Assembly: GCA_030153785.1 (NCBI GenBank)
Contig: JASKLF010000010.1
Location: forward strand, 1-64,000
DNA: 64,000 bases
From: a bacterium
GTDB taxonomy: Bacteria > Synergistota > GBS-1
Direction: 5' to 3'
The position numbers were made by a program, and so were the translations under genes. The notes under the pieces were generated by a model. The model had not been told where the DNA came from. It made no database searches and saw nothing but the letters and a program-made list of their open reading frames with translations. This document shows, piece after piece, positions 49,671 to 61,727 of this stretch (position 1 is the first letter of the stretch; each line of letters opens with the position of its first letter).

Positions 49671-50928
49671 TCAAAACCTCCTTCTCTTTAGAAATCATTA
49701 CCTTCCTAATCCTGTTTTTCTTAACATCGAGAACTTTTAGTTTCAACCCTTTAAATGATATCTCTTCTCCCGATTTAGGTATTCTGCCAAACAAGGTAAA
49801 AAGCAAACCCGCTACCGTATCATATTCCCTTTCGTCTAACTCCATATCAGGCTCTATTTCAAACAACTCAAGGAGCTCTTCTAAGTTCATCCTACCGTCA
49901 ACTACATAAACGTTTTCACCTATCTTTTCTATAACTGGTAATTCCTTATCATATTCATCCTCTATCTCCCCCACTATTTCTTCTAATATATCTTCCATTG
50001 TAACCAGACCTGATGTGCCTCCATATTCATCAACCACGATAGCTATATGTATCTTCTTTTGCCTCAACTCATCAAAAAGCTCCTTGACAAGCTTGGTTTC
50101 AGGAACAAAATAAGGCGTTCTCACAACATTTCCAACCTTTTCATCCCATTTACCATCAGCCATCAAAGGAATTAAGTCTTTTGCATAAAGAACACCAATT
50201 ATATTATCGATATTACCTTCATAAACCGGTATCCTTGAATGTCCATACTCGCTTATAACTCTGACCACACTTTTAATAGGAGTAGATGCCTCCAAGCAAA
50301 CCATATCAGGACGAGGTATCATAATTTCTCTAACCACCTTATCTTCAAGGTTAATCACACTTCTTATTATTTTCCTTTCCTCCTCCTCCAATTCAACTTC
50401 ATCCCTTCTGGAAAGAAGAAGCTCCAACTCTTCTCTTGTAACAAGAGGATAAAGGAACTTCTTTTTAGAGCCCCCCAAAAGGTCTACCAGCTTCGAAAAT
50501 ACGACTACTGCTGGATAACACACAAAGGAGAGTAAATATATCAGATATATTACATATCGAGAAAACCTTTCTGCATACCTTAAAGCCAACCCCTTAGGCG
50601 TGATCTCCCCAAAGACCAAGATTACAAGGGTCATTAACCCAACCGCTAAGCCTATACCGATATTAGGGAGTAATTTGAGAGATAAAGAAGTAGCCAAAGC
50701 TGAAGCACTTATATTGACTAAATTATTCCCTATCAATATAGTTACCAAAAACCTTTGAGGATCGTTCAAAAAGCTCTCCCAAGCTTTGGACCTTGTAGAG
50801 TCATTTTTAACAAGTGCAAGAATTTTAGTCTTACTAAGAGAAATAAGGGCCGTTTCGGCCGCAGAAAAAAAGGCTGAGAGAGAAATACACACAAATAACA
50901 ACAATAGATCTGAACCCACAGGTTCCAT
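49657..50928 (-). CDS. HlyC/CorC (CNNM-CBS-CorC) family transporter
   Basis: [50 protein letters not shown]. Confidence 0.9.
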   Translation of the reverse strand: MEPVGSDLLLLFVCISLSAFFSAAETALISLSKTKILALVKNDSTRSKAWESFLNDPQRFLVTILIGNNLVNISASALATSLSLKLLPNIGIGLAVGLMTLVILVFGEITPKGLALRYAERFSRYVIYLIYLLSFVCYPAVVVFSKLVDLLGGSKKKFLYPLVTREELELLLSRRDEVELEEEERKIIRSVINLEDKVVREIMIPRPDMVCLEASTPIKSVVRVISEYGHSRIPVYEGNIDNIIGVLYAKDLIPLMADGKWDEKVGNVVRTPYFVPETKLVKELFDELRQKKIHIAIVVDEYGGTSGLVTMEDILEEIVGEIEDEYDKELPVIEKIGENVYVVDGRMNLEELLELFEIEPDMELDEREYDTVAGLLFTLFGRIPKSGEEISFKGLKLKVLDVKKNRIRKVMISKEKEVLNEEA

Positions 50929-50954
50929 CTCTAAGCCATTCTCCTTTTACCCAA

Positions 50955-51401
50955 TCATATTAAATATTCCCTCTCCTTCGAGCGCATTATTAATTCCTCA
51001 TCCTTGGAAAGGTGATCATAACCCAGAAGGTGCAATAAACCATGAATAACAAGAAGTTTTACTTCTGAAGCCGGACTCCATCCATTCTCCCTGGCTTGAA
51101 GGATGGCCTTTTCGACAGAGACTATTACCTCCCCCAATATAGCGAAGGGAGCTTTTTTATCAAACTCATCTACCATAGGAAAGGCCAATACATCTGTGGT
51201 CCCCTCTCTTCCAGTGTAGGCTCGATTTAACGGCACCATTTCCTCATCGTCCACGAAAACCAGACTTACCTTTAGCTTTGACAAAGGGATGTCACCTTTA
51301 TATTCGGAACTTATTACCTTACGAGCCGTTTCCCTGATTTCTTTCTGTGATAGCTTCACCTTCCTTAAGAGCTTCTTTGGGTCGTTTATTAGGACTTTCA
51401 T
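50955..51401 (-). CDS. ybeY: rRNA maturation RNase YbeY
   Basis: TDVLAFP, HGLLHLLGYDH. Confidence 0.95.
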   Translation of the reverse strand: MKVLINDPKKLLRKVKLSQKEIRETARKVISSEYKGDIPLSKLKVSLVFVDDEEMVPLNRAYTGREGTTDVLAFPMVDEFDKKAPFAILGEVIVSVEKAILQARENGWSPASEVKLLVIHGLLHLLGYDHLSKDEELIMRSKEREYLI

Positions 51402-53388
51402 TTTCCTTTCCTCCTTCTGGATATTCTATCCTCGAGTGATACATACCCCTTAGTACTTTAACGAAAGCATGGACTATTCTTTCAAGGTCCCTAAAAGATA
51501 AAGGCGATTCAGAAAGCTGTCCATCCTCAACCTTCGTTTTAATGGTTTCCCTCACAACTCCCTCAAGCCTCGAGGGGGTAAAATCTGATAGAGAACGTGC
51601 CATAGCCTCGACAGAATCAGCAAGCATAACTATCGCCGCCTCTTTGGTTTGCGGTTTAGGCCCAGGATACCTAAAGTCATCAGGGTTAACTTCGTCTCCC
51701 TTCTCTTCCTTAGCTTTATGATAGAAATAAGAAACTATGGTTGTGCCATGATGCTGAATTATAATATCAATTATCTGCTGTGGCAGTCCATATTCTTTTG
51801 CCAGCTCCACGCTATCCTTAACATGAGAAACTATAACAAGCATACTCAAACTTGGTTTAATCCTGGCATGATAATTCTCCTGATCCATTTGATTTTCAAC
51901 AAAAAGATGCGGTCTCTTTAGCTTGCCTATATCATGGTAATAAGCACCAACTCTGGCCAAAAGAGAATCCGCACCTACTTCTTCAGCTGCTGCTTCCGCA
52001 AGATTAGCAACCAAAAGACTATGGTGATAGGTACCAGGAGCTTCTACTTGAAGCCTCTTTAAAAGAGGATGAGAAGGGTCAGCAAGCTCTAAAAGCTTTA
52101 GGGGAGAGACCAGCTCAAACAGATTTTCAATATAGGGCATGCTTCCAACAACGACAATGCTTGAAACTATCCCATTTAAGAAGCCTAAAAGGATGGTAGT
52201 CAATAAATCTAAAAGAGGAAGGCTTATAAATAATCCCATCGCAAGCAAAGCCAAAGCATTAACAAAACCCATAAGTAGCCCAGCCCTTATCAAAGTGCTC
52301 CTCTGCCTTATTTTTTTAAGTCCCATAACAGCCACAGTTCCACCAAAAACTCCTAATACGAAAGGTATGAAACCAGCTTCTTTGAACAAGCTCGTCGCAA
52401 ACCCCAAAAGCCAAGTAGCAAATATAGCAAATCTTGAACAGAACAAAACGGAGTAGGATATGGAAATTATCCCTATTGGAGCCAACGCAGGTGAAAAAGG
52501 AATCAAAAGCTTTGATATCAGAAAAAGCAAAACGACCGAAAATAGTAAGAAGTACAATAACCCCGTGTTGTCCAGCTTTTCAAGGTACCATTCTCTCATA
52601 TAAAAGTATATAAGTAAGCTTATCAAAATGGAAATCACAGCCAATCCGAACAATCGAAGCAAGACTTTGCCTTTAGAAAACCCAAGAGCATCAAGAACTA
52701 TCAAATGTTCCCTACTTAAAGGCTCTCCCTTACGAACCACAACCTCACCACGGTGTACCTTTATAACGACAGGAGCCATCTCCCTCATTAGTAACTGTTT
52801 TTGCTTTTCTGTCTCAGCCTCGTCCAAAATCACATTAGGTTTAACTTCTCTCAACAGAAAGTCCTTCAGCTCTAACAGCACTTCATCCCTAACCCCTAAA
52901 TCCTTCAAATAGGTTAAAACTCTATCTATAACTGAGGAGAGGCTCTTCTCGTCAATCCCTTTTTCATATTCATCAGCCAAAATCTTCAAAAACTGATCTT
53001 TATACTCCGTAGGAAGAAACTCAAAAGAGGAAAGCTTTTCTCTAAGAGTATCTAAAACTTCCTTAGTAACACGCTCATCTTTAACAAAAACGGCTTTGAT
53101 TCTTGAGACTGCCCTCTCCCTTACCTTACGAGTTTCCTCTTCATCCACTACCTCAATATCTCTGTAAGCCACTATATCAAAGGGAGCTTTCTCGCCAATC
53201 TTAGGGGAAAAAGAGAGAACGGGCAGCCAATCCCAAGAAAGCATAAGAAAAATTGCAAGACCTATGCCTCCAAAAATCAGGTTTATAGTTAACCTTCTCC
53301 TAAATAGGTTAAATATTTCAAACACTTTCTTGCTCTTACCGTTCTCTCTCTTTCGATTCATTCTCTCTTCTTGCTTCATACTCTTCAT
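51319..53388 (-). CDS. 7TM-HD phosphohydrolase (PgpH-like c-di-AMP phosphodiesterase)
   Basis: Extracellular domain, multiple TM helices, EAPGTYHHS, YYHDIGK, QHHGT, MLADSVEA; phoH-HD-ybeY synteny. Confidence 0.85.
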   Translation of the reverse strand: MKSMKQEERMNRKRENGKSKKVFEIFNLFRRRLTINLIFGGIGLAIFLMLSWDWLPVLSFSPKIGEKAPFDIVAYRDIEVVDEEETRKVRERAVSRIKAVFVKDERVTKEVLDTLREKLSSFEFLPTEYKDQFLKILADEYEKGIDEKSLSSVIDRVLTYLKDLGVRDEVLLELKDFLLREVKPNVILDEAETEKQKQLLMREMAPVVIKVHRGEVVVRKGEPLSREHLIVLDALGFSKGKVLLRLFGLAVISILISLLIYFYMREWYLEKLDNTGLLYFLLFSVVLLFLISKLLIPFSPALAPIGIISISYSVLFCSRFAIFATWLLGFATSLFKEAGFIPFVLGVFGGTVAVMGLKKIRQRSTLIRAGLLMGFVNALALLAMGLFISLPLLDLLTTILLGFLNGIVSSIVVVGSMPYIENLFELVSPLKLLELADPSHPLLKRLQVEAPGTYHHSLLVANLAEAAAEEVGADSLLARVGAYYHDIGKLKRPHLFVENQMDQENYHARIKPSLSMLVIVSHVKDSVELAKEYGLPQQIIDIIIQHHGTTIVSYFYHKAKEEKGDEVNPDDFRYPGPKPQTKEAAIVMLADSVEAMARSLSDFTPSRLEGVVRETIKTKVEDGQLSESPLSFRDLERIVHAFVKVLRGMYHSRIEYPEGGKENESPNKRPKEALKEGEAITERNQGNGS

Positions 53389-54331
53389 AGGCTTTAACTA
53401 TCTTCTGAACAAGCTCATGCCTCACCACGTCTTGTTCAGTAAGATAGACAAAAGCTATTCCTCCTATCCCAACAAGGATATCTCGGACCTCCACGAGACC
53501 TGACCTCTTATTAGGCAAATCTATTTGCGTTATATCACCAGTTATTACCATTTTAGAACCAAAACCCAACCTCGTTAAAAACATCTTCATCTGTTCAGGC
53601 GTAGCGTTCTGCGCCTCATCGAGAATAACAAAAGCATCGTTCAACGTTCGGCCTCGCATATAAGCTAATGGAGCTATTTCTATGGCACCGCTTTCCAAAA
53701 GCTTCTGAAACTTATCCATATCAAGCATTTCATAGAGAGCATCATAAAGCGGTCTCAAATAGGGTTCTATCTTCTCTTTCAGGTCGCCGGGGAGAAAACC
53801 AAGTTTCTCCCCAGCCTCTACAGCAGGTCTAACGAGAATTATCCTTCCCACTTTCCTACTCTGGAGATAAGAAACAGCCATCGCTACTGCAAGGTAAGTC
53901 TTGCCAGTTCCTGCAGGACCGATGGCAAAAGTTATATCGTTTTCTTTCACCGCTTCAACATATTTCTTCTGACCCAAAGTCTTAGGCTTTATAACTTTTC
54001 CTCTAACCGTAATATGGATAACATCTTGGTAGAGTTCCCCCAACTTAAGATCTCCACCCTGCTTAAGCATCCTAACGCTATATTTAAGTTCCTTTAAACT
54101 TATAGGGTGCCCCTTTCTGGCTATCTCCATCATTTCCTGAAAGAGAACCCCAGCCTTTCTCACCGAATCCTCGTCGTTTCCCACCATAACAAGCTCATTA
54201 CCTCTGGGAAGGATCTTTACGTTGAAGCTCTTTTCAACAAACTTCAGGTTTTCATCTTCCTTGCCAGCTACATTTATCATAACAGCATGATTATCCGCTA
54301 AAAACCTCAACTCTAACTTGGATCCACTCAC
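53336..54331 (-). CDS. phoH: PhoH-family ATPase
   Basis: GPAGTGKTYLA, RPAVEAGEKLGFLPGD, YMRGRTL, DEAQN. Confidence 0.95.
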   Translation of the reverse strand: MSGSKLELRFLADNHAVMINVAGKEDENLKFVEKSFNVKILPRGNELVMVGNDEDSVRKAGVLFQEMMEIARKGHPISLKELKYSVRMLKQGGDLKLGELYQDVIHITVRGKVIKPKTLGQKKYVEAVKENDITFAIGPAGTGKTYLAVAMAVSYLQSRKVGRIILVRPAVEAGEKLGFLPGDLKEKIEPYLRPLYDALYEMLDMDKFQKLLESGAIEIAPLAYMRGRTLNDAFVILDEAQNATPEQMKMFLTRLGFGSKMVITGDITQIDLPNKRSGLVEVRDILVGIGGIAFVYLTEQDVVRHELVQKIVKAYEEYEARRENESKERER

Positions 54332-54348
54332 TACCCCTTTATCACCCC

Positions 54349-54579
54349 CTAAACAGATTCAACACGAGTTACCTCAGGAACATGCTTCTTTATTGTAGAC
54401 TCCACCATTGCTTTCAAGGTAAGCTGTGCAAATGGGCAAGCGCCACATTGTCCCGTAAGCTTAACTTTAACCACACCATCTTCCTCAACACTCACAAGCT
54501 CAGCCCTACCACCCTCCATGGCAAGATAGGGATTAACCATTTTTTCCAAAACTTCTTTTACCTTACTTTCAATTTCCAT
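54349..54579 (-). CDS. NifU C-terminal domain (NfuA-like) Fe-S carrier
   Basis: VNPYLAMEGG, LTGQCGACP. Confidence 0.85.
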   Translation of the reverse strand: MEIESKVKEVLEKMVNPYLAMEGGRAELVSVEEDGVVKVKLTGQCGACPFAQLTLKAMVESTIKKHVPEVTRVESV

Positions 54580-54599
54580 CTTGTAATTAACCTCCTTTT

Positions 54600-55997
54600 T
54601 CATACAGGATATGCGTATTCGTCGATAGGGCTTTCAAAGCCCAGATCGATCTTAAACTTCCTTGCGTATTTCCTTCTGAGAAAATCAAGAGCTATCTGCG
54701 GGAAAAGGGCATAAGTTAAAACATCCTCTGGCTCTGCTGCCAATACACCAAGCTCCTTCCTGCACTTATCTAAGATGGGTTCAAGAAGATCGCCGGGTCT
54801 ACAATCTATAGGTTCTTCATCACCTATAGCCTTCTTTTTAACCTCAGGATCAATTGGTGCCGGCGGTCTGCCATATAGTCCCTTAATATAATCTCTTATC
54901 TCCTTTGGAATAATCTTGTACCTCTCCCCCAAAAGAACATTAAGCGTAGCCTGTGTTCCCACAAGTTGACTTGTGGGAGTAACCAATGGAGGATACCCAA
55001 GCTCCTTCCTAACTCTGGGAACTTCTTCGAGAACTTCCTTTAGCTTGTGCAATGCATTTTGCTCCTTAAGCTGATTTATAAAGTTAGAATACATACCGCC
55101 AGGTATCTGATAAACCAATACATTAACATCTACAGTAATATCGGGAAGCAAATGCTTATAACGCTCTCTTACCTTTTTAAGATAATCTGACAGGTCAATC
55201 AAGTAGTTAAGCTCTATACCAGTATCATAGCCCATCTCGTTTAAAACATAAATGAGAGTTTCCGTAGGTGGATGAGATGTCCCCATAGAGAAGGGAGACA
55301 TGGCTGTGTCAATGGCATCGGCACCAGCCTCAACAGCCTTAAGTAAAGCCATGGAAGCCATACCACTTGTGTAGTGAGAGTGAACCTGAACGGGAATATC
55401 ATACTTCTCTTTTATGGCCTTAACAAGCTCGTATGCCGCCTTAGGAGAAAGCAAACCTGCCATATCCTTTATACATATAGAATCGGCCCCTAATTCTACC
55501 ATATCCCTAACCATTTCTAAGTACTTTTCAAGAGTGTGAACAGGCGAAACAGTATAACTTATAGCAAGTTGAGCATGCGCCCCTGCTTTCTTAACGGCTT
55601 CAACCGCTACTTCCATATTCCGAACGTCATTCAAGGCATCGAAAATTCTAAATATGTCTATTCCGTTTATAGCCGCTCTCTCGACAAACTCTCTAACAAC
55701 ATCATCAGGATAATTCCTATAACCAACAACATTTTGCCCCCTTAAAAGCATTTGCAACGGCGTCTTTTTAAATTTCCTTTTAAGCTCTCTGAGCCTTTCC
55801 CATGGGTCCTCGTCCAGATATCGTATGCAAGTATCAAAGGTAGCCCCACCCCATACCTCAACAGAGTGAAAGCCAACTTCATCCATAGCCTCTGCTATAG
55901 GTAGCATATCCTCGGTTCTCATTCTCGTGGCTATCAAAGATTGATGCCCATCTCTCAATGTTAAATCAGTTATCCCTATCTTTCTCCCCCCTACCAA
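54600..55997 (-). CDS. Pyruvate/oxaloacetate carboxyltransferase (OadA/PycB/5S-like) without a biotinyl domain
   Basis: LRDGHQSL, WGGATFD, IKDMAG, HSH, PGGMYSN, PLVTPTSQ; TTG start at 55997. Confidence 0.88.
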   Translation of the reverse strand: MVGGRKIGITDLTLRDGHQSLIATRMRTEDMLPIAEAMDEVGFHSVEVWGGATFDTCIRYLDEDPWERLRELKRKFKKTPLQMLLRGQNVVGYRNYPDDVVREFVERAAINGIDIFRIFDALNDVRNMEVAVEAVKKAGAHAQLAISYTVSPVHTLEKYLEMVRDMVELGADSICIKDMAGLLSPKAAYELVKAIKEKYDIPVQVHSHYTSGMASMALLKAVEAGADAIDTAMSPFSMGTSHPPTETLIYVLNEMGYDTGIELNYLIDLSDYLKKVRERYKHLLPDITVDVNVLVYQIPGGMYSNFINQLKEQNALHKLKEVLEEVPRVRKELGYPPLVTPTSQLVGTQATLNVLLGERYKIIPKEIRDYIKGLYGRPPAPIDPEVKKKAIGDEEPIDCRPGDLLEPILDKCRKELGVLAAEPEDVLTYALFPQIALDFLRRKYARKFKIDLGFESPIDEYAYPV

Positions 55998-55998
55998 T

Positions 55999-56775
55999 TT
56001 ACAACACCTCTCCTTTCTTCGATTCTTCCCACAACGCTTCCATCTCCTCAAGAGAAAAGGAGGAAAGAGGCTTCCCTTGTTCGCGAGCCTTCTCCTCTAT
56101 GTATGAAAACCTCCGCTTAAACTTTTCATTTACATTATGTAAAGCTAACTCAGGGTTAACCCCCATAAACCTTGCCAGATTAACGATAGCAAAAAGTAAA
56201 TCTCCAAGCTCCTCTTCCATCTTCCTCGCATCACCACTATGATAAGCCTCCTTAAGCTCTTTCCATTCCTCTTCCACCTTCTTCATAACATCTTCGGTCC
56301 TTTCCCAGTCAAATCCAACCCTTCTCGCTCTCTCTTGAAGTTCATAAGCTCTAAGCAATGCGGGGATATGTAAAGGAACGCCATCAAGAATAGATTTCTT
56401 GTTTTTTTCCTCCTTTTTCATTCTCTCCCAATTCAACAGAACCTCATCAGCATCTTTAAAATTCTCCTTACCAAAGACATGGGGATGCCTATTAATAAGC
56501 TTTTCACTTATGGTTTCTATAACATCCTTAATATCAAACAAACCTTCCTCTTTAGTTATTTGTGCTTGAAAAACCACCTGAAGGAGAAGATCCCCTAATT
56601 CCTCCTTCAGAGAAACATAATCTCTCCTTTTTACGGCATCCACAACTTCGTAAGTCTCCTCAAGAAGATAAGAGAGCAAGCTTTCAAGGGTCTGTTTTTT
56701 ATCCCAAGGACATCCATTTTCTCCTCGAAGCATTTCCATTATGCCAAGCAAGCGTTCAAATTCTTTTCCTGCCAT
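55999..56775 (-). CDS. mazG: Nucleoside triphosphate pyrophosphohydrolase MazG
   Basis: [15 protein letters not shown] twice, RHPHVF. Confidence 0.95.
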   Translation of the reverse strand: MAGKEFERLLGIMEMLRGENGCPWDKKQTLESLLSYLLEETYEVVDAVKRRDYVSLKEELGDLLLQVVFQAQITKEEGLFDIKDVIETISEKLINRHPHVFGKENFKDADEVLLNWERMKKEEKNKKSILDGVPLHIPALLRAYELQERARRVGFDWERTEDVMKKVEEEWKELKEAYHSGDARKMEEELGDLLFAIVNLARFMGVNPELALHNVNEKFKRRFSYIEEKAREQGKPLSSFSLEEMEALWEESKKGEVL

Positions 56776-59531
56776 CCATCCCTCATCTCCTTAAGTCTGG
56801 ACAAAATTTCATTCAAGAGCTTCTCTGCCAAAGAAAGAGAGATACCCTTTCTTTCAAACCGCGTATTAAAACAAGAAAAGCCAAAAGAAGAAAGAAAAGC
56901 TTTAGCTTCTGAACTTTTCCCCCAAATAACGGGGTGAAGTAGTATCAAAAGTCTACCATTTCGGTATGATATTTCAGAAATACCAGCCTCTTGAGCCATC
57001 ACCTTAAATTTAACGGTCTTCAAAAGATTAGACACAGTAATCGGAATATCTCCGTATCTTTCCTTAAGCTCCATCTCAAAGTCTTTAAGTTCTTGGATAT
57101 TATTTAAGCTAATCAATCTTCTATAGTAATATAGCCTTTCCTCCTCATCCTCCACATAATCCGAAGGAATGTAAGCATCTATCCCAAGATCGACCTTAGA
57201 AGATAAAACCCTTGGTAAATCTCCTTTAAGAAAAGCTATCGTCTCTTCAAGCATCTTACAATACAAATGAAAGCCAACAGAACTTACGAAACCGTGTTGC
57301 TCTGGACCAAGGATGTTTCCAACTCCTCTTATCTGCATATCTCTTAAAGCAAGCCTTAAAGACGAGCCAAGCTCTCCAAATTCTTTTATAGCCCCCAACC
57401 TTTCCTTACCAGCCTGAGTAAGTGCACTTTCATCTTCGTACAAAAAATATGCATAAGCCTGTTTATCTCCTCTACCAACTCTACCCCTGAGCTGATATAA
57501 CTGTGATAATCCCAAATGCTCCGCTTTATGAACTATGAGCGTATTAGCTGATGGAATGTCAAGTCCATTTTCTATGATCGTGGTGCAAACCAAAACGGTA
57601 ATTTCGCCAGATATAAAGTCAATCATCACCTTCTCAAGCTCTTCCTCGTCCATTTTGCCGTGAGCCACACCAACTTTAGCCGTGGGGACAAGATTGGATA
57701 TTCTGTCTGCGAAGGTATAAATATCCTCAACTCTATTGTGAACTAAAAAGACCTTACCACCCCTTTCGATTTCCCTAATTATAGCATTCTTTACAAGCTC
57801 GTAATCCCATTTTCCAACATATATTTCCACATTTTTCCTGCCAGCTGGAGGAGTATTTATAACGCTTATATCTTTAGCGCCACTTAAAGCCAAATAAAGA
57901 GTCCTTGGTATGGGAGTGGCTGTTAATGTCAGGACATCTACATCAACCCTGAGCTTTTTAAGCTTCTCTTTTTGCATAACACCAAATTTTTGCTCTTCAT
58001 CTATTATTACCAACCCCAAATCTTTGAAAGAAACCTTATCGCTTAAAAGCATATGAGTTCCTATAACAATATCTATGGCTCCCTTCTTTATTCCTTCCAA
58101 AACCTCGGCTTGCTCCCTCTGGCTCAAGAATCTCGTCAACATCGCTATGTTAATGGGAAATCCTTCCATTCTCTTCTTCATGTTCATATAGTGCTGAAAA
58201 GCAAGAACGGTAGTCGGACACAAAAAGGCAACCTGTTTTCCATCCATTACCGCTTTGAAAGCAGCTCTAAAGGCTACCTCCGTTTTACCATATCCAACAT
58301 CACCACATACAAGTCTGTCCATCGGCCGCGTAGACTCCATGTCCCTCTTAACATCTTCTATTGCCTTTAATTGATCAGGCGTTTCATCAAACTCAAACCT
58401 GGATTCAAATTCCTTTTGCCAAGAAGAATCTTTTGAAAAAGCATAGCCCGTTGAAACCGCTCTTAAGGCATAAATCTGAAGAAGCTCCTTAGCAACTTTC
58501 TCAACGTTTTTTTTAACCCTATTTTTTATTGAAGCCCAAGATCCTTTTTTCAAACTATCTAAGGACGGAGGAGTTTCACCTCCAATATAGGGGGACACCT
58601 TATCTATACTCATAGAAGGAACATATAATTTTTCCCCCTTGTTGTATTCAAGGAGCAAATACTCTCCTTCTACACCGTCCACCTTTATCTTAGCTACACC
58701 TCTAAAGATAGCTATACCATAATCCTCGTGAACAACATAATCTCCTTCTCTAAACGAAAGCTCTCTTTCTAAAAAACCAGGAATATAAGGATTCCAAGGA
58801 ATATTAAGACCGGCTTTTAACTCTTCTCTATAGAGGTAAAGAAAAGGTATCTTTTTATCCTTGGGAAATGGGAAAGCCTCTTCATCCAGATACAGGCAAA
58901 TTATCAGGGAATCCCTTGGAACGAGTTCCAGAAACGTCCCTTCCCCTTCATAATTGGGTGGATGTATTTCAACTTCACTTATCCTCCTTACGAAGCGGGA
59001 TTTTCCTTCCTCCTCCAAGACACCTATGTAATCAACCTCATCCTCAAAAAGAGAGATAATAATGATATTTTCTTTGAGTTTTATTTCTATAACATCTCCC
59101 TTTAGAGCAAACTCACCAGGAAATAAAGGGGGCTCACTTCTTCTGTATCCCATCTTTCTTAAACGAGATAAAAGCTCAGAATAACCAATAGCTTGACCTA
59201 CCTCAAGATGAAACGTGTCCTCAAACTTAAAACTCTTAGAGGTTGCAAGGTATAAGGGGATAAACACTAAAAAATTCCTACCTATTGAGAGGAACATTTC
59301 AGGAGATGATACTTTAACAACGTTCAAACCAAAAGAAGAAAGGAAATCATCACTTATCTCGGGAGGAGAAACACTTTCATCAAAAACTACATACAGGTTT
59401 CCCCAAGGATTGCAAAAAAGCTTTTTGACTATATACCAAAGGCCTCCCTTTCTAACCTTACCAACTCTAACTATTCTCTTGTTTACAAGTTCCTCTTTTA
59501 ACTTATCTATGAAAGACTTATCCATTCCCAA
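56739..59531 (-). CDS. mfd: Transcription-repair coupling factor with a shortened N-terminus
   Basis: [49 protein letters not shown] domain. Confidence 0.92.
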   Translation of the reverse strand: MGMDKSFIDKLKEELVNKRIVRVGKVRKGGLWYIVKKLFCNPWGNLYVVFDESVSPPEISDDFLSSFGLNVVKVSSPEMFLSIGRNFLVFIPLYLATSKSFKFEDTFHLEVGQAIGYSELLSRLRKMGYRRSEPPLFPGEFALKGDVIEIKLKENIIIISLFEDEVDYIGVLEEEGKSRFVRRISEVEIHPPNYEGEGTFLELVPRDSLIICLYLDEEAFPFPKDKKIPFLYLYREELKAGLNIPWNPYIPGFLERELSFREGDYVVHEDYGIAIFRGVAKIKVDGVEGEYLLLEYNKGEKLYVPSMSIDKVSPYIGGETPPSLDSLKKGSWASIKNRVKKNVEKVAKELLQIYALRAVSTGYAFSKDSSWQKEFESRFEFDETPDQLKAIEDVKRDMESTRPMDRLVCGDVGYGKTEVAFRAAFKAVMDGKQVAFLCPTTVLAFQHYMNMKKRMEGFPINIAMLTRFLSQREQAEVLEGIKKGAIDIVIGTHMLLSDKVSFKDLGLVIIDEEQKFGVMQKEKLKKLRVDVDVLTLTATPIPRTLYLALSGAKDISVINTPPAGRKNVEIYVGKWDYELVKNAIIREIERGGKVFLVHNRVEDIYTFADRISNLVPTAKVGVAHGKMDEEELEKVMIDFISGEITVLVCTTIIENGLDIPSANTLIVHKAEHLGLSQLYQLRGRVGRGDKQAYAYFLYEDESALTQAGKERLGAIKEFGELGSSLRLALRDMQIRGVGNILGPEQHGFVSSVGFHLYCKMLEETIAFLKGDLPRVLSSKVDLGIDAYIPSDYVEDEEERLYYYRRLISLNNIQELKDFEMELKERYGDIPITVSNLLKTVKFKVMAQEAGISEISYRNGRLLILLHPVIWGKSSEAKAFLSSFGFSCFNTRFERKGISLSLAEKLLNEILSRLKEMRDGWQEKNLNACLA

Positions 59532-60090
59532 CGCCTATATTTTTAGCATTATAAAGAGACATAGCCTTCTCTATACCTTCGTTTAGTATAAACTCAACCG
59601 CCTCAGCTACCTTTTTCAAAACCATGGGAAGAAGCTTAATCTCCCTATCGGTAAACTCACTCAACACATAATATTCGTATCCGCTCGGCGGAGGAGGACC
59701 TATCCCTAACCTTATCCGCGGGATTTCCTCGGTACCTAAAGCTAAAATTATCGATTCCATTCCCTTATGCCCACCGGACCCCCCGGATTTCCTTATTCTT
59801 ATACTTCCAAAGGGAAGATAAAGATCATCATAAATAACCAAAACATCACGCGGCGAGACCTTATACTTTACAACGAGCTCTCTCAAGGCCTCGCCGCTCC
59901 TGTTCATATATGTTAAAGGCTTAACCAATATCAAATTATCGTCCTTCTTCCCAACTAAGGACCTACACTCATAACGATCTACCTTTATATTCCACCTCCC
60001 CGCTAAATAATCTATAACTCTGAAGCCGAAATTATGCCTCGTAAACTCGTATTTAGAACCCGGGTTACCTAAACCTGCAATTATTATCAA
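59518..60090 (-). CDS. pth: Peptidyl-tRNA hydrolase
   Basis: GLGNPG, TRHNFGF, KPLTYMNRSG, GGHKG. Confidence 0.96.
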   Translation of the reverse strand: MIIIAGLGNPGSKYEFTRHNFGFRVIDYLAGRWNIKVDRYECRSLVGKKDDNLILVKPLTYMNRSGEALRELVVKYKVSPRDVLVIYDDLYLPFGSIRIRKSGGSGGHKGMESIILALGTEEIPRIRLGIGPPPPSGYEYYVLSEFTDREIKLLPMVLKKVAEAVEFILNEGIEKAMSLYNAKNIGVGNG

Positions 60091-60099
60091 ATAGAGCTA

Positions 60100-60744
60100 T
60101 CACTCCTCCTCTTCTTTCTTCCCCTTAGAAGCTACCTCTGGCTCCGCAAGTTCAGCCTCTGCAGCTTCCTCAACTTCTTCTTCTACAGGCTCAGAAATTA
60201 CTACCACCGTCGTTTCAGGATCCTCCAAAACTTTGATACCCTCCGGAAGAACAAGGTCTTCAACATGAATAGAATCTCCTATACCCAACTCGCTTATATC
60301 AACTTCTATTTTATCAGGTATATTCCCCGGCAAACACTCAACCTCCACACTCCACAGGTATTGTTCAAGTATGCCTCCCATTTTAACTCCCTTACAGACC
60401 TCTTCACCAACCAACTCTATAGGAACTTCAACGGTAATAGCCTTACCCCTTTCGAGCTCAAGAAAATCTAAATGAAGAACTTCATCGGTTATTGGATCAA
60501 TTTGAATGGCCTTCACCAAGACATCGCACTCTCTACCACCATCAAGCTTCATCGTATAAACAGTATGTTCAAGGTCTCTTTCCGTTATGTTTCTTATGAC
60601 ATCCTTTCTTTCAAGTTTAATAGGTACCGCACCAAAACTTCCTCCATAAAGAATGGCGGGGATAAATCCCTCACGCCTTAACTTCTTAGATTCTCCCTTT
60701 CCGATCCTTTTTCTCAAAGAAGCCCTAAGCTCAGATGTCTTCAT
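60100..60744 (-). CDS. rplY: 50S ribosomal protein L25/Ctc
   Basis: [23 protein letters not shown], acidic tail. Confidence 0.95.
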   Translation of the reverse strand: MKTSELRASLRKRIGKGESKKLRREGFIPAILYGGSFGAVPIKLERKDVIRNITERDLEHTVYTMKLDGGRECDVLVKAIQIDPITDEVLHLDFLELERGKAITVEVPIELVGEEVCKGVKMGGILEQYLWSVEVECLPGNIPDKIEVDISELGIGDSIHVEDLVLPEGIKVLEDPETTVVVISEPVEEEVEEAAEAELAEPEVASKGKKEEEE

Positions 60745-61727
60745 TGTTCTTCTCCCTCCCGCTTAAAAAGCATACTTACCGAAAGATTATAATGTATTCT
60801 TCTAATAGCCTCGGCAAACAATGAGGCTATCGATTTGATCTTTATCTTTGGTATTCTCTTCTCTGGAGATATTGGAATGGTATCTGTTAAAAGAACCTCC
60901 TTTATAGGAGAATTAGACAATCTTTCCAAGGCATTTCCAGAAAGAACACCATGAGTAGCACACGCATAAACCTCTTTGGCTCCTCTTTCAAGGATAGCAT
61001 TCGCAGCATTAACTATCGTCCCTGCCGTGTCTATTATATCATCAACTATTATAGCTATCTTACCACTAACATCCCCAACTATCTCCATTACCTCAGAAAC
61101 ATTGGGGATTTCCCGTGGTCTCCTCTTATCCACTATCGCTATAGCGGACCGTAGATGTTCCGCAAAACGCCTTGCTCTAACAACTCCACCTACATCAGGG
61201 GAAACCACAACCACATCATCTCTATTTCCGAGCTTCTCCAAAAAATAGTCAGCCAAAAGAGGAATAGCCGTAAGATGGTCTAAAGGAATATCAAAGAAGC
61301 CCTGGATTTGCCCCGCATGAAGATCACAAGTTAATACTCTATCTGCACCTGCCGTAGTTATAAGGTTAGCAACGAGCTTTGCTGTTATTGGTTCCCTTCC
61401 CTGGGTCTTTCTATCCTGACGAGCATATCCATAATAAGGAATCACAGCCGTTATTCTTGCAGCTGAGGCTCTCTTCAGTGCATCAAGCATAATAAGCAAC
61501 TCCATGAGATTTTTATCACCAGGGTAACAAGTAGGCTGAATTACGAAAACATCAGCGCCTCTGACATTCTCCTCTATCCTAACATAAAGTTCTCCGTCAC
61601 TGAAACGCGATATCTTAACGCTAGACAGCTTTGTTCCTAACGCTGAAGCGATAGCTTCGGCAAGCTCAGGATTAGCAGTCCCTGACAAGATCCTCAAGCT
61701 ACCCCCAGAGTGGAAGCCATCAACCAT
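60741..61727 (-). CDS. prs: Ribose-phosphate pyrophosphokinase
   Basis: [37 protein letters not shown]. Confidence 0.97.
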   Translation of the reverse strand: MVDGFHSGGSLRILSGTANPELAEAIASALGTKLSSVKISRFSDGELYVRIEENVRGADVFVIQPTCYPGDKNLMELLIMLDALKRASAARITAVIPYYGYARQDRKTQGREPITAKLVANLITTAGADRVLTCDLHAGQIQGFFDIPLDHLTAIPLLADYFLEKLGNRDDVVVVSPDVGGVVRARRFAEHLRSAIAIVDKRRPREIPNVSEVMEIVGDVSGKIAIIVDDIIDTAGTIVNAANAILERGAKEVYACATHGVLSGNALERLSNSPIKEVLLTDTIPISPEKRIPKIKIKSIASLFAEAIRRIHYNLSVSMLFKREGEEQ

